Source of the DNA: Eledone cirrhosa
Lineage: Eukaryota
Reading direction: 5' to 3'
Assembly: GCA_964016885.1 (NCBI GenBank)
Contig: OZ024740.1
Location: 68,324,001-68,388,000 of the forward strand
Length of the DNA stretch: 64,000 nt
In this document: positions 36,160 through 49,700 of the stretch, piece by piece
How positions within the stretch are numbered: the first letter of the stretch is position 1
Layout of the letters: every line of letters begins with the position of its first letter
Notes under the pieces: model-generated
What the model was told of the DNA's origin: nothing
The model's database searches: none
The model's input: the letters and a program-made list of their open reading frames with translations, nothing else
Made by a program: the position numbers and the translations under genes

Positions 36160-39100
36160 TCTTTGAGTCTCAGTCATTGATGTTAGTTAACTGGAAAGTT
36201 TGTTGAAATGAATATCAATGAACTACCTGCAGCCTCAGATATTCAGGATGTATCGGAAGGTTCTGGCTGTTCCAAGCAAGCATGCCTTTTGAAGCGTTCC
36301 AAAAAGCGTGAAGGAGCCGATTTTCTTTAACCATCCCTGGAAACTTTTGGAGATAGTCCCCAGTGCGCCTATGACAACCGGGATCACTTTGACTTCATGG
36401 CAGTTCCAAATCCTTTTTACCTCCCAATTTAAATCCTGGTATCGGTTAACTTTCGCCCTCTCCTTCTCTTGCACTCTCGTGTCGAAAGGGCAGGCCACAT
36501 CCACAATCAGGCACGATCTTTTTTCTTTATCCAAAACCACCAAGTCCGGTCTATTGTGTTCCAGTTTCTTGTCCGTCTGTATCGTAAAATCCCACAGCAC
36601 CTTCACCTGATCGTTTTCTATCACCGCCTCTGGCTTATGCTGATAGCACTTCTCAGAATGTGGTAAATTGTTTACTTTGCATAGGTTCCAGTGGATCAGC
36701 CTGCTCATCACATCATGTCACCAGTCTGTATAGTGAGTCTGGGCTAGGTGTTTACACTCGGAAACAATGTGAGCCACAGTCTCCTCTCTCTCTCCACAGA
36801 TCCTGCAGTGGGCTAGCCTCCTCCTTGTAAATGTGGTGTTTCAACCACTTCGTTTTGAGGGCCTGCTCCTGCGCAGCCATTAACATTCCTTCTGTAGCCT
36901 TTTTAAGGTCTCCTCTTTTCAACCAGTTCCATGTCTGTGGATCTCTAAATTCAGTTTTCTCAAAGAAGGTACTATGAAGGGATTTTTCCTGAAGGCTGCT
37001 CTTTCTCCTTGATGTTATTTCCTCCTTGGACATCCCCTGGCCTATTGTCCCATCCTTCTGTATAGTTCTAAGCATTGGCTCCTTACTATCAGTCAAGTAT
37101 TTGTGTAGATTGTTTTTCTCCATCTGAACACAGTCCTCTATGCTGATAAGACCTCTGCCACCTTCAGTTCTCCTTAAGTAGTGTCTATCAACATCACTCC
37201 TCTTGTGGAACATATTGTACATAGTCAATAGCTTTCTCGTCTTCCTATCCATTTCTTTTTGTTCAGCAACATTCCATCTCAGAATTCCCGCACTGTACTT
37301 AATAATAGACACAGCTCTGGAATTTACTTCACTTATGGCATTCCTACTGTTCATATGTGACTTTAATACGCTCCGTAATCTCCGAAGGTATTCAGTTCTT
37401 ATCAATTCCTTCAATTTTTTGTTCTTGATGTCATCAGCCTCCAGAACGCCCAAATACTTGTATCCTTCCTCAGAGTCAATTTCCTTTATCATCTCACCTG
37501 TTGGTATCTGGATTCCGTTACTTCTGCTCAACTTACCCCTCCTCATCACAATGACTCCACACTTACTAATACCAAAGTGCATACATATATCATTGCTGAA
37601 AATACGGACAGTGTCAACAAGCACATCCAACTCCTTCTCAATCTTCCTGAAGAGCTTAAGATCGTCCATGAAGAGGAGGTGATTGATGGTAAGCCCTCCC
37701 TTTCCCAACCTGTATCCTGCTCTCACTTTTCGCAGTACACTGGTCAGGGGCATCAGGGCAAGTACAAACAACAGAGGGGACAGACTATCTCCCTGGAAGA
37801 TACCTCTCTTGATCTTCACGCTTCCCAAGGATTCTCCAGTTGATGTTAACTCTGTTTCCCAGGACTTCATACTTTTGCCCAACAACTGTCTGATGTTATC
37901 TGCCACCTTGAAGATCTCCAGGCTTTTGGTGGTCCAAGATGAGGCACCATCTCAAATGCCTTTTTGTAGTCTATCCATCCCATGGCAAGACAAATGTGTC
38001 TCCTCTTGCAATTCGTCATTACCAACTTATCAATAAGTAACTGGTCCTTTGTACCCGTGACTTCTTTCGGCATACTTTCTGTTCGTCCGGTAATAAGTTG
38101 TTTGTGTGGATGTGATGGCAGATTTCCTCAGATATAATGCTTGTCAACAGTTTCCACATTACGGACAGACATGTGATAGGTCTATAATTGGTAACATCAT
38201 TACCCTTGATTCGGACTTTCATCATAAGAACTGTGGTACCTTTTGTCAACCACTCTGGTACCTCACCTGACATCAAGCAGTCATTGAACATGGTTGTCAG
38301 TTTCGGGTGGAGGGATGTTATGTTTTTAATCCAATACGCCTGCACACCATCTGGGCCAGGTGATTTCCAGTTGGTTAGTTTTTTGGCCTGCCCTTAAGAG
38401 TTTCAACTGTGATACTCAAATCAGTTTGTTGGTGTGCCTGTTCACTGATCTCCTTCTGTACTGTCTCAATCCACACTGCCTGGTCATTATGTTTAACATT
38501 CTGCTCCCATATTCCTCTCCAGAATGTTTTAGTTTGTTCCGCCTCAGGGATCAAGTCGTTGCCTCTTTCTTTCTCTTCAAGCTGTCCAAACAACATCTTC
38601 TGGTTGTTGTCGAACATGCGGTTCTGTCTATACTGGCTGACCCTGTTCTCGTATCGCCTGATTTTTGCATTCTTTGCTACAATGCGTTGCTTCAGTTCCT
38701 CTATGATAATATTAAGCTTTTTCCTCCTAGTTTTGTACTTTATTTCCAGTCTATTTTTAGCGTCTATGTTTTTTAGTGTCCCATTCAGTAGGGACTCAAG
38801 CTTTCCAATGTCATTTCTCATTTCCCTGATTTGACCACCAAGGCTCTGCTCTTTCTTGTCTGTTGTTTCCTCTCGCTTTTATACCAAGTAGTTTCCTCAC
38901 CGTATTTGCTGTTGCTTTGAGGATATTGTTGCACTGGTGAAGGCTCCTCGCCTCAAGGTATGGGATGACTTTGTTTACCTTAGCTTTTGTTTCCTTTAAA
39001 TTTTTCCTGTCTACAAATCTTAGGTTCATAGGTCTCCCACTATCATTGTTCAATTCATCTACCACTAAGTTTAGGATATCAACCAAATCTTGTCCTAGCC

Positions 39101-39761
39101 CGTCAGCATTCATCACCTCAGTCGCCGTATCTCTGTTCCAGGTATTATTTATCTCAGCATTCAGATCATTGTCTACTTCGGGTGGTTCCTCCGTTCTCTC
39201 GACCACTTCACCTTCATTTCCCACTGGCTCGTTTGCCTGGCATACTGCACTCTCCATCTCCAAGCTAATCTCTCTGCTCAGTTCCTCCAGTTCCAGCTCG
39301 CTTATCCACCCATTAGTTCTTATTACCCGAGCCTGCCCGGCCAGTTTTTGTTCATCTAATTTAAATGGACCAATCTCGTTCCAGATGTTATGCATCCTTT
39401 TCCTATAGCCTTTCTCGTTGGGGTTACCTTTCAGGTAACATTGCATAACAGTTCTATTCAATTCTTTCTCCAGTTGGTTATGGTCCCTTTGCTTCTTCTT
39501 CTTCCTCTGACACCAGCAGTATTTGGTTGACAGCCAGGTCCCTGCTGCTGAGCCAGGGAGCACCTGTTGGGTGAGAGTCTGTCACATGACATTCTAGTGT
39601 CCATTTCACAATTATTCGAACCGTTTAGGTTCGACATTTAAACACTCTTATCGTGGATTGGCGAATGTATGGTTACATAACCACCGGTGAATTACTCGTC
39701 TCCGGTGGTTTCGTCACTCCGCGGGACATTTGTGTGGCATTATCACGCTGTAGACGAACCC
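36160..39761 (-). mobile_element. Near full-length decayed R4/Dong-like element (family D1), tail-to-tail with A2 across (TTA)n
   Basis: N-terminal ELN..VMQCY...GYRKRM..IW, WKSPGPDG, NYRPITCL, GIFQGDSLSPLLF, FMDDLKL, RLE NRPDLVV...IVDVACP; several frameshifts; 5' end approximate. Confidence 0.9.
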
Positions 39762-40082
39762 AAATAAACAAACAAACAAACAAGCAGAAAAAAACCCCAA
39801 CATGAATAAGCATAAGTTTCATTGTAATGTAGTGTTTGAATGTCTGACTTGGTTTTTCCCTTCCCTTCTCTGTCCGTCCATTAGTTTTTCTCTTCATTTT
39901 TATTTCCTTTACGTTTTTCGTTGTTGCTGTGCTGCTTTGATTTTTATTTTTGTTTTTTTTTTATTTTGACCGGGTCATCAATTCAGTCTATTTATATAGT
40001 TTGATGCCGTCCTCTTTTAGTTAGAATTCTACAATGTAGCAGGGGCTAGCGGGAGAGAATAGCGGCGGTAGTTATAATGAGC

Positions 40083-40447
40083 CAGTGGTGGTGGTGGTGG
40101 TGACGGTGCTGTGCTAGCAGCAACTAGCAGGAGGTAGTGGGAGAGAATAGCGGCGGTAGCGATAATGAGGAGGTGGTGGTGGTGATGTGGTCGTATTACT
40201 GTAGTGATGGTGTTGAAGACGGCGTAGAAATCTGAGTCGGCTTGACCAGAGTTTTCATCGTGGCAGTGGTGGTGGTGGTGGTGGTGGCGGTGCTGTGCTA
40301 GCAGCAACTAGCAGGAGGTAGTGGGAGAGAATAGCGGCGGTAGCGATAATGAGGCAGTGGTGCTGGTGATGTGGTAGTATTACTGTAGTGATGGTGTTGA
40401 AGTTGGAGTAGAAATTTGAGTCGACTTGACCAGAGTTTTCATCGTGC
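40083..40447. repeat. About 180-bp tandem duplication in (GGT)-rich sequence
   Basis: GGTGCTGTGCTAGCAGCAACTAGCAGG...TTGACCAGAGTTTTCATCGTG occurs twice. Confidence 0.8.
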
Positions 40448-40553
40448 TAGTGGTGGTGGTATTGGTGGTGAAATTATCTTTAGTGAAATTATCATTAGTC
40501 GCGTATATGTGTTGACATATTTTCTTAATATTATTATTATTATTATTATTATT

Positions 40554-41610
40554 TGCATTTATCTTGCTTTATGTTTATACGAGTTATCACCAAGTCACAA
40601 CCAGTGACCTCAAGAGACAACAAGGTCCGCCATGTTCAAGAAAGAACACACATATTCACACATGCATCCTTAGTGTTTAGACTTGTGATGTACTTATATT
40701 GACAGGATCTTCCTTAGTATATGGGCAGTTCCCATTAGTACTATCTTTTGTATTTCTCCTATACGCAGGTTTCCTGGGATTTGCGATAAGTAGTCGTTAG
40801 ACCCCTTAGGTATCATTCCCAGAGCGCCTACAACCACTGGTATTGTTTTAGTTCTCAATTTCCACATTTTTCCAATTTCTATCTCCAGGTCCTTATACTT
40901 GCTCAATTTTTCAAATGTTTTTATAGATACATTCTTGTCTATTGGAACAGACATATCAATTAGCAGGCATACCCTCCTTTGAAAGTCCTTCAATATTATA
41001 TCAGGTCTATTTGCATCTATTTTTCGGTCTGTTTGGATGCTAAAGTTCCACAAGATTGAGATGTGATCTTTTTCAAGTATGGGAGGTGGTTGATGCTCCC
41101 ACCAATTCTTTTGATGGGGCAGGTCAAAATGCTTGCACATTATCCAATGTATGTATTGTGCAGCTCTGTCATGCCTGTTTAGGTATTCGGTTGGAGCTAT
41201 AGGACTGCACATTGAAATTATATGGTCAATGGTCTCTGGTTGTTTTTTGCATACACGGCATAATGGGCTGCACCCATTTTTTATTATGTTGGCTTGGTAA
41301 TTTTTTGTTGGCAGACACTGATCTTGTGCGGATATAATCAGTCCTTCAGTCTCCGATTTCAGTCCAGAGGATGCCAACCACTGATGGGTTAAAGTTTTGT
41401 CAACATCAGGATTGTTAGCTCGCTCTGGGTATTTTCCATACAGAGGCTTTTCTTGCCATTTCTTAGCCAGTTTCTGTAGCAGTTCTTTCTTTGCAGTTAC
41501 TTTTACCTGCTTTGCTTTTTCTGTGTTTTCCATTTCAGCAGTAAATGGGACTTCTGAAATTTGTAGTCCATTACTGTATCTTTGTGCATCTTTTGTAATG
41601 GAATATGATC

Positions 41611-41613
<3 letters not shown>
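40554..41613 (-). mobile_element. R4/Dong-like element family D2, 5'-truncated, bracketed by (TAA)n; remaining ORF open
   Basis: AQDQCL, CRVC...ETIDHIISMC, RHDRAA, NRPDII...LIDMSVP, K..KY.DL, PVVVGALG; TTA tracts on both sides. Confidence 0.9.
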
Positions 41614-41675
<62 letters not shown>

Positions 41676-44600
41676 GGCGACTTACAAGTAAATCGTATCA
41701 TCGTGAGCTCCGCAAAGATTTGTTATTTTCGGTTATTTAAAATTGCCATTTATGGAAAATGGTTATTGTTAACTGTATATAAGCGCACACACATTGATTT
41801 TTGAAAAGGACACTCAAAAAGATTGAGGCCTTGACCCCAAAATTTAAACTTTTTATAATTATCAAACAAAAAAAAAATTCTTTGAAAAATTATGGCCTCA
41901 CAAACTAGCACCCCAAACCGCCACCACCATTGTAAATATTACTACGTTTGCCAACACTAAAAATATAAGCAGTAGCAATATTTTAAATTTGTCTCAGGCA
42001 GACATTCATTTCTCGCCATTACCAATGACCGCAGGTGCTAAAGCCGATCCCCCCCATCCCAACCCCAGCACCACAGCGACAACAGAAACAAAAGAAAAAA
42101 TATATTAACACGTGATATCGAAATGAATTCAACCAAAATGAACTCTTCCACACCGAACACCACTGACGCCACCACCACCACAACTGAAACTAAAATTAAC
42201 AATAACAAAAATAACGATAACAACAACAATGGAATTAAGAAAACTACCCTGTCTTTTGCGAGCGTAGCAAAAACGGGCGAAGCGATCCAGGTAACTCAGG
42301 AGGAATAAGAAGAAGCCAAAAGAATGGCAAAGAATATGGGTACAGGGTCCCCCCCACACACACACCTAATAAAATGGAGCATCATCGCCTGTGCACCGTG
42401 TCTTATCGGACAATTAACATAAAATCGCGCCGAGTGGAACGGGCATCCGAATCCCAAATCCCAAAAGCTTTGGGACTTGTGTGGGCAAAAAAAACCCACA
42501 TCAGACGTGGGAAGAAATATGGAACCGTTCACGTGTTCTTTGAAACACCACAGGAGGCCAGAGAACACTCCATGGCCCCATTAAGAAGTGACGACTTCAC
42601 ATTTGTCCCAAGCTATTGCGGCCAGAGAGTCGTGAAGATCAGGGTGACCCACGTATACGGCCCATCGAAATTCCCTGGCTAATGGCTGCCGTCCTCGCCG
42701 GCATCGAGGCCAACACCAAGATAATCGAAATAGCGAAAGAAAAGCAGGAGAACTGGTCGGGATCTGAGATGGAGCTCCTGATCCAAGCGGACCATAAAAG
42801 CATTGAGGAAATGCCAGAGGCAATAGACCTCACTGGCGGCAGCCACCTCACCGTAATCGTCGAGGGCAGAAGGCCTAGGTGTGTCGTTTGTGGTGAAGGA
42901 ACCCACCTAAGTGATTTCTGCCCTCAGGCTGAAAGGTTGAGGTCACCTATCTTACCCACTCTAGTGACTCAACCATCAACACCACCAGCAGCAGAGATGG
43001 CAGCAACAACTGTAGCAGCAACAGCAGATGCAACTGTAACAGCAACAACCGCAGCAACAGTAGCAAAACAAACAGCACCACCACCCAACGCGCCAGAAGT
43101 AGCACCAGCGCCTACACCATCCACCACGCCACAACCAAAACCAACGCCTGTCGAGGATTTTTCACTCCCCGGCCTATCGCAACTGGAAACAGATTGTGAC
43201 GTCGAGAAGTGGGAAACGGTATCAGGAAAAAAAGAAAAAAAGAAGCCCAAAAAGAAAATATTCTCTTCCTTCCCACTCTAATAACAAAATACAGAGGGAA
43301 ACAAATAAACTATCAAACAAAAAAGTTAGGACAGATATACCACCATCCACACCAGCATCACCAACCCCATCACCACAAACACCAACACCATCACCATCAT
43401 TAACCCCAACACCACCATCACCGACACCACAAAAGTCATCAAAAAGCGAAACAGAAAAATCCCACAACAAACGCAAACAAAACAAAACAACCAAAACGAT
43501 ACACACTACAGAGCATTAAATTTGAACAACAACCAATTATTACACTACATCCAGCACACAGAAAAATACTATACAACAACCCCAAAGTTCACACCACCTC
43601 CACACATACAAATCACTCGCATCACACAGAAAACGTACACGACACTAAAATAAAAATTCCCCAAAGACATCGGAGACTTCCGACAAGCACTCTCCAGGAG
43701 GATTTATAAGGACATCCTTCCGGAGTAGGCCACAAGCAAAGAAAAGGATGGACAAACCATCCTTCCTCTACGAGAAGTAAGGTATGTGGTCTTTCCCATC
43801 TTTTCCACTCCATTTCAACATGACCTCACTCAGAATAGGCAGCATAAATGCGCGTGTCTTGGGGTCGTCATGTAAGCAGGGACACCTACTCAACGACCTC
43901 AGGTTACTAAACATCGCCGAAGCACGGGCCTTCGCACCGATCTTCGGCGGCTACCATGTGTATGCATCTCCCAGCCGTCCTGGATCGGGGGGAGGAGTTG
44001 CTGTGCTTTTTCGGAGAGGTTTGGATCTCGCCATACGGGCCATCTTCCTGGACCCAGAAAGTAAGTTAGTGGTGCTAGACGTGACCAGCGGAGACGGGCA
44101 AGCTTTCAGGCTAGTGGCTGTCTATGCCCCGACAGGAGCAGGGCGGCCTGATTTCTTCCGGCGTCTGGAGACCTTTCTTGGAACGTCCCACTCTTTTATG
44201 TTAGAGGGCGACTGGAACGGGATCTTAGATGCACGCTGGGACTGTTTGGGATTAGCGGACAGGGGAGGAGGGTGCAAGAGCCTCGCCAACCTGCTCAGGC
44301 GTTTTGAACTGTCTGACAGGTACCGATTGGATTTCCCGAATGTGACATTGTGGACTTGGACAAATCGCATAGAGTCATCCAGATCATATCTAGATAGAGT
44401 ATTTTGTAGGGAAATATATAGGTCTAGCATAGGCTGTCCACAATTCAAGATAGTCAGCTACACGGACCACAAATTCGTGATCTGTGTGCTTGACTTAGAT
44501 AGGCTTCATAGACGAGGACCTGTCTACTGGAAGCTAAACGCGTCCTCATCTGCGCGCAAGGTCTACAGAGACCGGATTAGCGAACTAGTTAAGCGGGCGT

Positions 44601-47266
44601 TGACGGGGCCATCGTCAACAACAAGTGGTGGTTTGCTCTGAAAAGAGCAATTAGAATAGAGTCCATTAGGTTTAGTAAGGCTTTAGCAATAGAGAAAAAT
44701 AGAACAGAGGGAGAATTAGTTAGAAACTTAGACGAGGCGCTTAGCAAAGGCATCGTGACCGACGTACTTGCGGCGAAATTGGCCCTTGACCAATTATTCA
44801 ATGCAAAGCACGAAAGCTGCGTTGTCAGAGCTAGGGTGCGTGCTCTCAGACACGAGGAGACGAAAGCCGTTGAATGGGCCCGAGTGGCGGAGGTGCGCCG
44901 TGCCAACAAAGCCACGATCCGCTCTTTGGTGGACCACGACGGGCGCATGTTACTCCATCACGGGCAAATGTGTGAAGCTTTTCAGCGACACTTCGCACAG
45001 CTGTTCGGGGGCAGCGGCGGACCGGATCGAGGGATGGACATTAGTGTCTACTTCGACGGACTGCCGCGGCTCTCAGCCACTGAGGCGGAGTGTTGCGAAA
45101 AGCCGATAACAGCTGCTGAAGTACGGGAGGCAATGACTGACTGCACAATGGGTAAATCGCTTGGTTTGAATGGTCTAAACTATGAACTTTACGTACAGAT
45201 GCCAGACTTGTTCGGAAGCCTCTATGCGGACGTCTACTGCAACTGGCAAGAGAACGGGAGAATTCCCAGCTCTGTGAGCCGAGGAGCTGTGGCGCTGCTG
45301 AGAAAGGATCCGAACAACAAGGAGGATAACAAAGATAATTTTAGGCCCATGACTCTGCTAAACACAGAGTTCAAGATTTTGGCCAAGGTGCTATCAAAAA
45401 GGTTGGCGTTTGTCGTTTGTGGTCTGGTGGGAGAGGCGCAGACATGTGCCATTCCCGACAGATACAACCCCGACAACCTCCACCTCATGCGTACAGCGTG
45501 GATAGGGGAGCTAGTGAACCCGGCATTGGTGGGTCCTTGATTAATTTAGATCAGTCGAAAGCTTTCGATAGGGTCGACCATCGTTACCTAGCGGCAGTCC
45601 TGAGGGCGGCTTGCCTTGGGCCCGTCTTCAGAGGCTGGATCGCTGCCATGCACAGCGACATCTGCTCTGAGGTGAGAATGAACGGTCACCTTTCGGAACC
45701 AACACATCGAGGCGATCGGCACTACACTAAGTGAATACGAAGCGGTGACAGGAGCAATGATCAAACAGGAAAATTAAGTGGGCCTGCAGCTCGGCAGCTG
45801 GAGAGGCACGTCCATGCCGTCCAACAGCTTCGTCGGGCGCTGGACGGACGGACCGGTTAAATTGCTAGGGGTCTGGCTCGGTCCGGATTTCCAGACGGAC
45901 AAAAGTTGGGACGAGGTGACGAGCAGGGTGGCTTCTCTCACCCAGAAATGGGCGGAGAGGAAGCTATCCATGAAAGGTCGAGCGGAGGTGGCTAACGCGT
46001 ATATCGCGTCCGTCAGCTACTACCGCCTGACCGTCGTACCTTGTCCTAAGCCCCGCTTGACTGCGCTGGAGCGTTTGCACTTTAGCTTTTTGTGGAAGGG
46101 ACGCGCTCCGATGGTTAGGCGATACATCTGCTGTCAACACCCGCTACGTGGAGGGCCGGGCGTGCCGTGGCTGATGATGCGCAGACACGCTCTCAGGCTA
46201 CGACATCTCCACCTCTTCCTCGACGGTGATCAGGTGTGGTCGCCGTTTGCTAGACGCGTCTTTCCCCAGCTCGTATCCTTGACAGAGCTGCAGTCCTGGG
46301 TCAAGCGAAGCCTGAGAGGGAGCGCTTGGAGACTGGAATGTATATAGCTGCTCACAGCCCTCGACCAATCGGGCAATGTGATCCACCTTGGCGTTCTATA
46401 GAGGATTAGTGGAAGGGAACAGCGACGACGTACTTGGAGAAACTCTAGGCGTCGACGAAAATCAACTAGCTAACCTCTTCGGAAGGACTTTCTGGCCGGG
46501 GCCTATGGACAACTTGCAGAAATCCCTGGCCTGGCAGTGCTGCCGAGGAGCTTTGCCAGTTCGGGATAAACTCCACAGGCATGGAGGTGCCGTCAGCCAG
46601 GCATGTCCGAGATGCGCGCAGGGTGACGAAACCGTCCTGCACGCACTCGTCCAGTGTCCGAGCATTGCTGACTTGTGGGTTTATGTCGAACACTTGCTGT
46701 CACGTGTAGGACGGATCCAACTATCAGCTGAGTCCATCGTGAGGATTGCCCCGCCCTCTTCTTTTAGCCGGGAAGGGCAGGCAGTCTTTATCTGTCTGGT
46801 GGCCATGGCGAAAGAGATAGTATGGTGGACACGTTTGAAAGGGCTGAAGACGAGCACTTACCTCTTCGGTGATACCTTGATTAACTTTTTCAAATTTCAT
46901 TTGAAAAGGAAAATCAGGGTAGAGAGGTAAGTGCTCTCTACCCAGCATTTTGTTGAAAGATGGGTGAGAAAAGCAAGAATGGCCCGAGTGAATGGGCCTA
47001 CTCTGAGTATGTGTCTTTAAATTAAAGGTGAAAATCTGGGAGAGGGCACTTGTCCTCGTCGTCAGGGTCACTGTGGCCTTTTAATGGGCTTTCTCCACAG
47101 ATGTCCTTCGGAAGTCTCCCCCCTATTGGGGAATTTTTCATTGTTATTTTTCTAACATCCTTTGTTTTTTTACACGAAGAAATTCCCATTTGTACCGTCC
47201 TGTATTGTCTTGTACTGTCCTTAATGTCTACTTCATGTAAACCCTTGTCGTTAATAAAAAAAAAGC
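41676..47266 (+). mobile_element. Full-length but decayed Tx1/L1-clade LINE (copy A3, same 5' module as A2) in (TTA)n
   Basis: 5' end GGCGAC matches A2; many frameshifts and stops; deletion in RT near 45700 removes the YADD region. Confidence 0.93.
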
Positions 47267-47301
47267 GTTATTTATTATTATTATTCAAATTATTATTATT
47301 A

Positions 47302-47457
47302 TGAGTTCAAATCCCGCAGAGGTTAACTTTGCCTTTCATCCTTACGGGGTCGATAAAATAAAGTGCCAGTAATACACTGGTTAATTGGTGGCCTTGTGCC
47401 TAACGTAGAAACAATTAATATTATTATTATTATTATCATTATTATTATTATTATTAT
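47302..47457 (+). mobile_element. 5'-truncated SINE S1 with long (TTA)n tail, sitting in the A3 tail
   Basis: GAGTTCAAATCCCGC...GGGGTCGATAAAATAAAG...GTAGAAACAATTAATATTATTA. Confidence 0.85.
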
Positions 47458-47669
47458 AATAGGAACATAGTCAGGACACCAACGGCTGAGCTCCGGCCGT
47501 TTTGACAGCTATTCCGAACTGAATTCGGATCTAACTGCCGAAGCGGCCGAAGCGGCCGACGCTCAGCCGTCAGGGTCCTGACTCTTTTCCTATTATCCAC
47601 TCTACTATCCTAAGTATTAAGTACTCTGGTGCGTTAAGGCCCACCTGGTATCTTACCATACACTCTTTG

Positions 47670-47671
<2 letters not shown>
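47458..47671 (+). mobile_element. Penelope-like 3' terminus with short inverted arm (diverged relative of 4100-4235)
   Basis: TTCCTATTATCCACTCTACTATCCTAAGTATTAAGTACTCTGGTGCGTTAAGG tail followed by (TA)n; inverted arm starts ATAGGAAC. Confidence 0.75.
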
Positions 47672-47720
<49 letters not shown>

Positions 47721-47869
47721 TACGTACATATAAATGCAGGCGCGCACACATTGGAAAAACACAGAAACATTTCACACAACATATAGAGATAAAGTTAAAA
47801 CTACGTCAACCATAACAACATCACAGCCTGCAGCAACAATACAGCTAACATCAGCCGCACACCCAATGC

Positions 47870-49700
47870 TACCATGGAAACAAAAACACAGATGATAACA
47901 CACAGGCACCAAACTTTGTGTTAGTTAGAAGTATCAACGAAAAACTGATGGCCCTCATAGCACGAAGTAAAGATATTGAGAGAATGGAAGATTTTCGGCA
48001 TCAACTCATTCGATGTACCACAAAAACTAACGATGGGGCAAATCTCTCTAAGCGCCTTTAAACATATTAGGGAGAGCTTCCCCACGACGTGAAAACCCTT
48101 TATATGAAATCAGCGAGTTGATTTTTAAAAGAGTTCCCAAATGAAACCCCGCTAGATATGAAAGTCAAATCACCTGATCCCTAAAATCACCGACTTACAT
48201 GGCAATGCTGATGTTAGTGTGTATAAATGTTTGTGAGCTGGGGTTGTCCTGAAAGCAAGGACGTTTGCTCAAAGACCTCTCGTCTCTAGCTGTGTATGAA
48301 GAGCTACCGGCATGACAAGGATTTCCGACACGCACGTTCGAGGACATCATTTTGACGACTTTGAAATCTACTCATAGTGCATTTTAGGAAAGGATTGACA
48401 CTCGAGCTGCGCACTATCGTCCTCGATCTAGTCGGTAAGTTGGTGGTCAAGGACGAGTCTATTAGCGAAGGTGGTGCTTTTAGACTGGTGGCAGTCTATG
48501 TCCAGACTGGTGGTGGATGGTCGGATATCTTCAGGCTTTTGAAATATTTTCTAGTAACGTCTCGCACTTTAATCTAAGCAGAGGAATGGAACGCAACTAG
48601 GACGTTGCTGTGATTGTCGAGAGTAGGGTTGGAGACGCTATGGGACTACAGTTTTTATCTCGATGGACGGCTGCGTCTTTCATCGACCAATGCGTAGAGC
48701 TGCTAAAATACGGTAATTGTAGCTCAGATACGGAAATCTCTGGCAGGTAGTAAGAGGCGAAAATTTCGTCTATAGAATTTAGGTAGACATTCTATGCTTC
48801 ATCAATGTCCTGAATGGTGTCTACTGCAGATGGCAGCAGAAGAGGACAATTCCCTCTTCTGGAAGTCGGGGCGTTGCAACGTTGATGAGGTTGGTATACA
48901 TAATTTCCAGTTTATTACTATTTTCATCCCAGTGCTTAAAGTTTTGACAGATGTACTTGCAAAGAGGTTGGCACTTGTCGTCAATAATCTTATAGAAGAG
49001 ACGTGGGCGTGCGCAATCCTAACCAGGTTGTTACCCTACAAACTCTACCTCATGTGATACATAATTGAGAGGGTACAAGGTGAACATCGCTTCGGTGCGG
49101 CTTTGTTCAAATTTAGATAAATCAAAGGTTTTCGAAAAGTCGACACTGTCGTCAAGGCAACCGGCTTCAGTCTCGTCTTCAGATGCTCGATCACTGCAAT
49201 GACTATACATCTGTTCGATTGGCAAAATCAACGACTAACTACAGGAACCGTTTTAGATATTTTCGGACGATAAAACCGTGATGGTCTCGAACGCCACGGA
49301 TATCGATGTGGCCAGCTACATAATAGAAAAAAAAAAGAAAGAAAAAGTTGAAAGGAGCAAACATCAACCCGGAAAAGGCAGTGGGTTTGTAGATCAGCCC
49401 ACAAAGAGGAACATCCATTTCTTTCAATAGTATCATCGGACTCTATAGAACAAAATGTTGTGTGGTGGATGTTGCTGAAACCACTGAAGGTAGACACTTT
49501 CCTCTTCGGCCAAATCTTCGTCAACATTTCCAAATTCCACTTAGAATGAAGAATGAGAGTAGACAGGGAAGTGCTACCCGCCCCAGTACATTTGATAAAT
49601 GATGGATGACTGTAGTGGAGATGGCCTAAGATAATGGGATTCCTTTGTACATACGTCTTGAGGCTAGAAAGTTTAGAGAAAAGAGTGGCCATTTCTGACG
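47870..49700 (+). pseudogene. Old, heavily deleted Tx1-like relic
   Basis: Colinear residual motifs INVCELGLS*KQGRLLKDL, GGAFRLVAVY, VLAKRLALVV, INPEKAVGL, VVWW...FHLE*RMRVDREVL. Confidence 0.75.
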
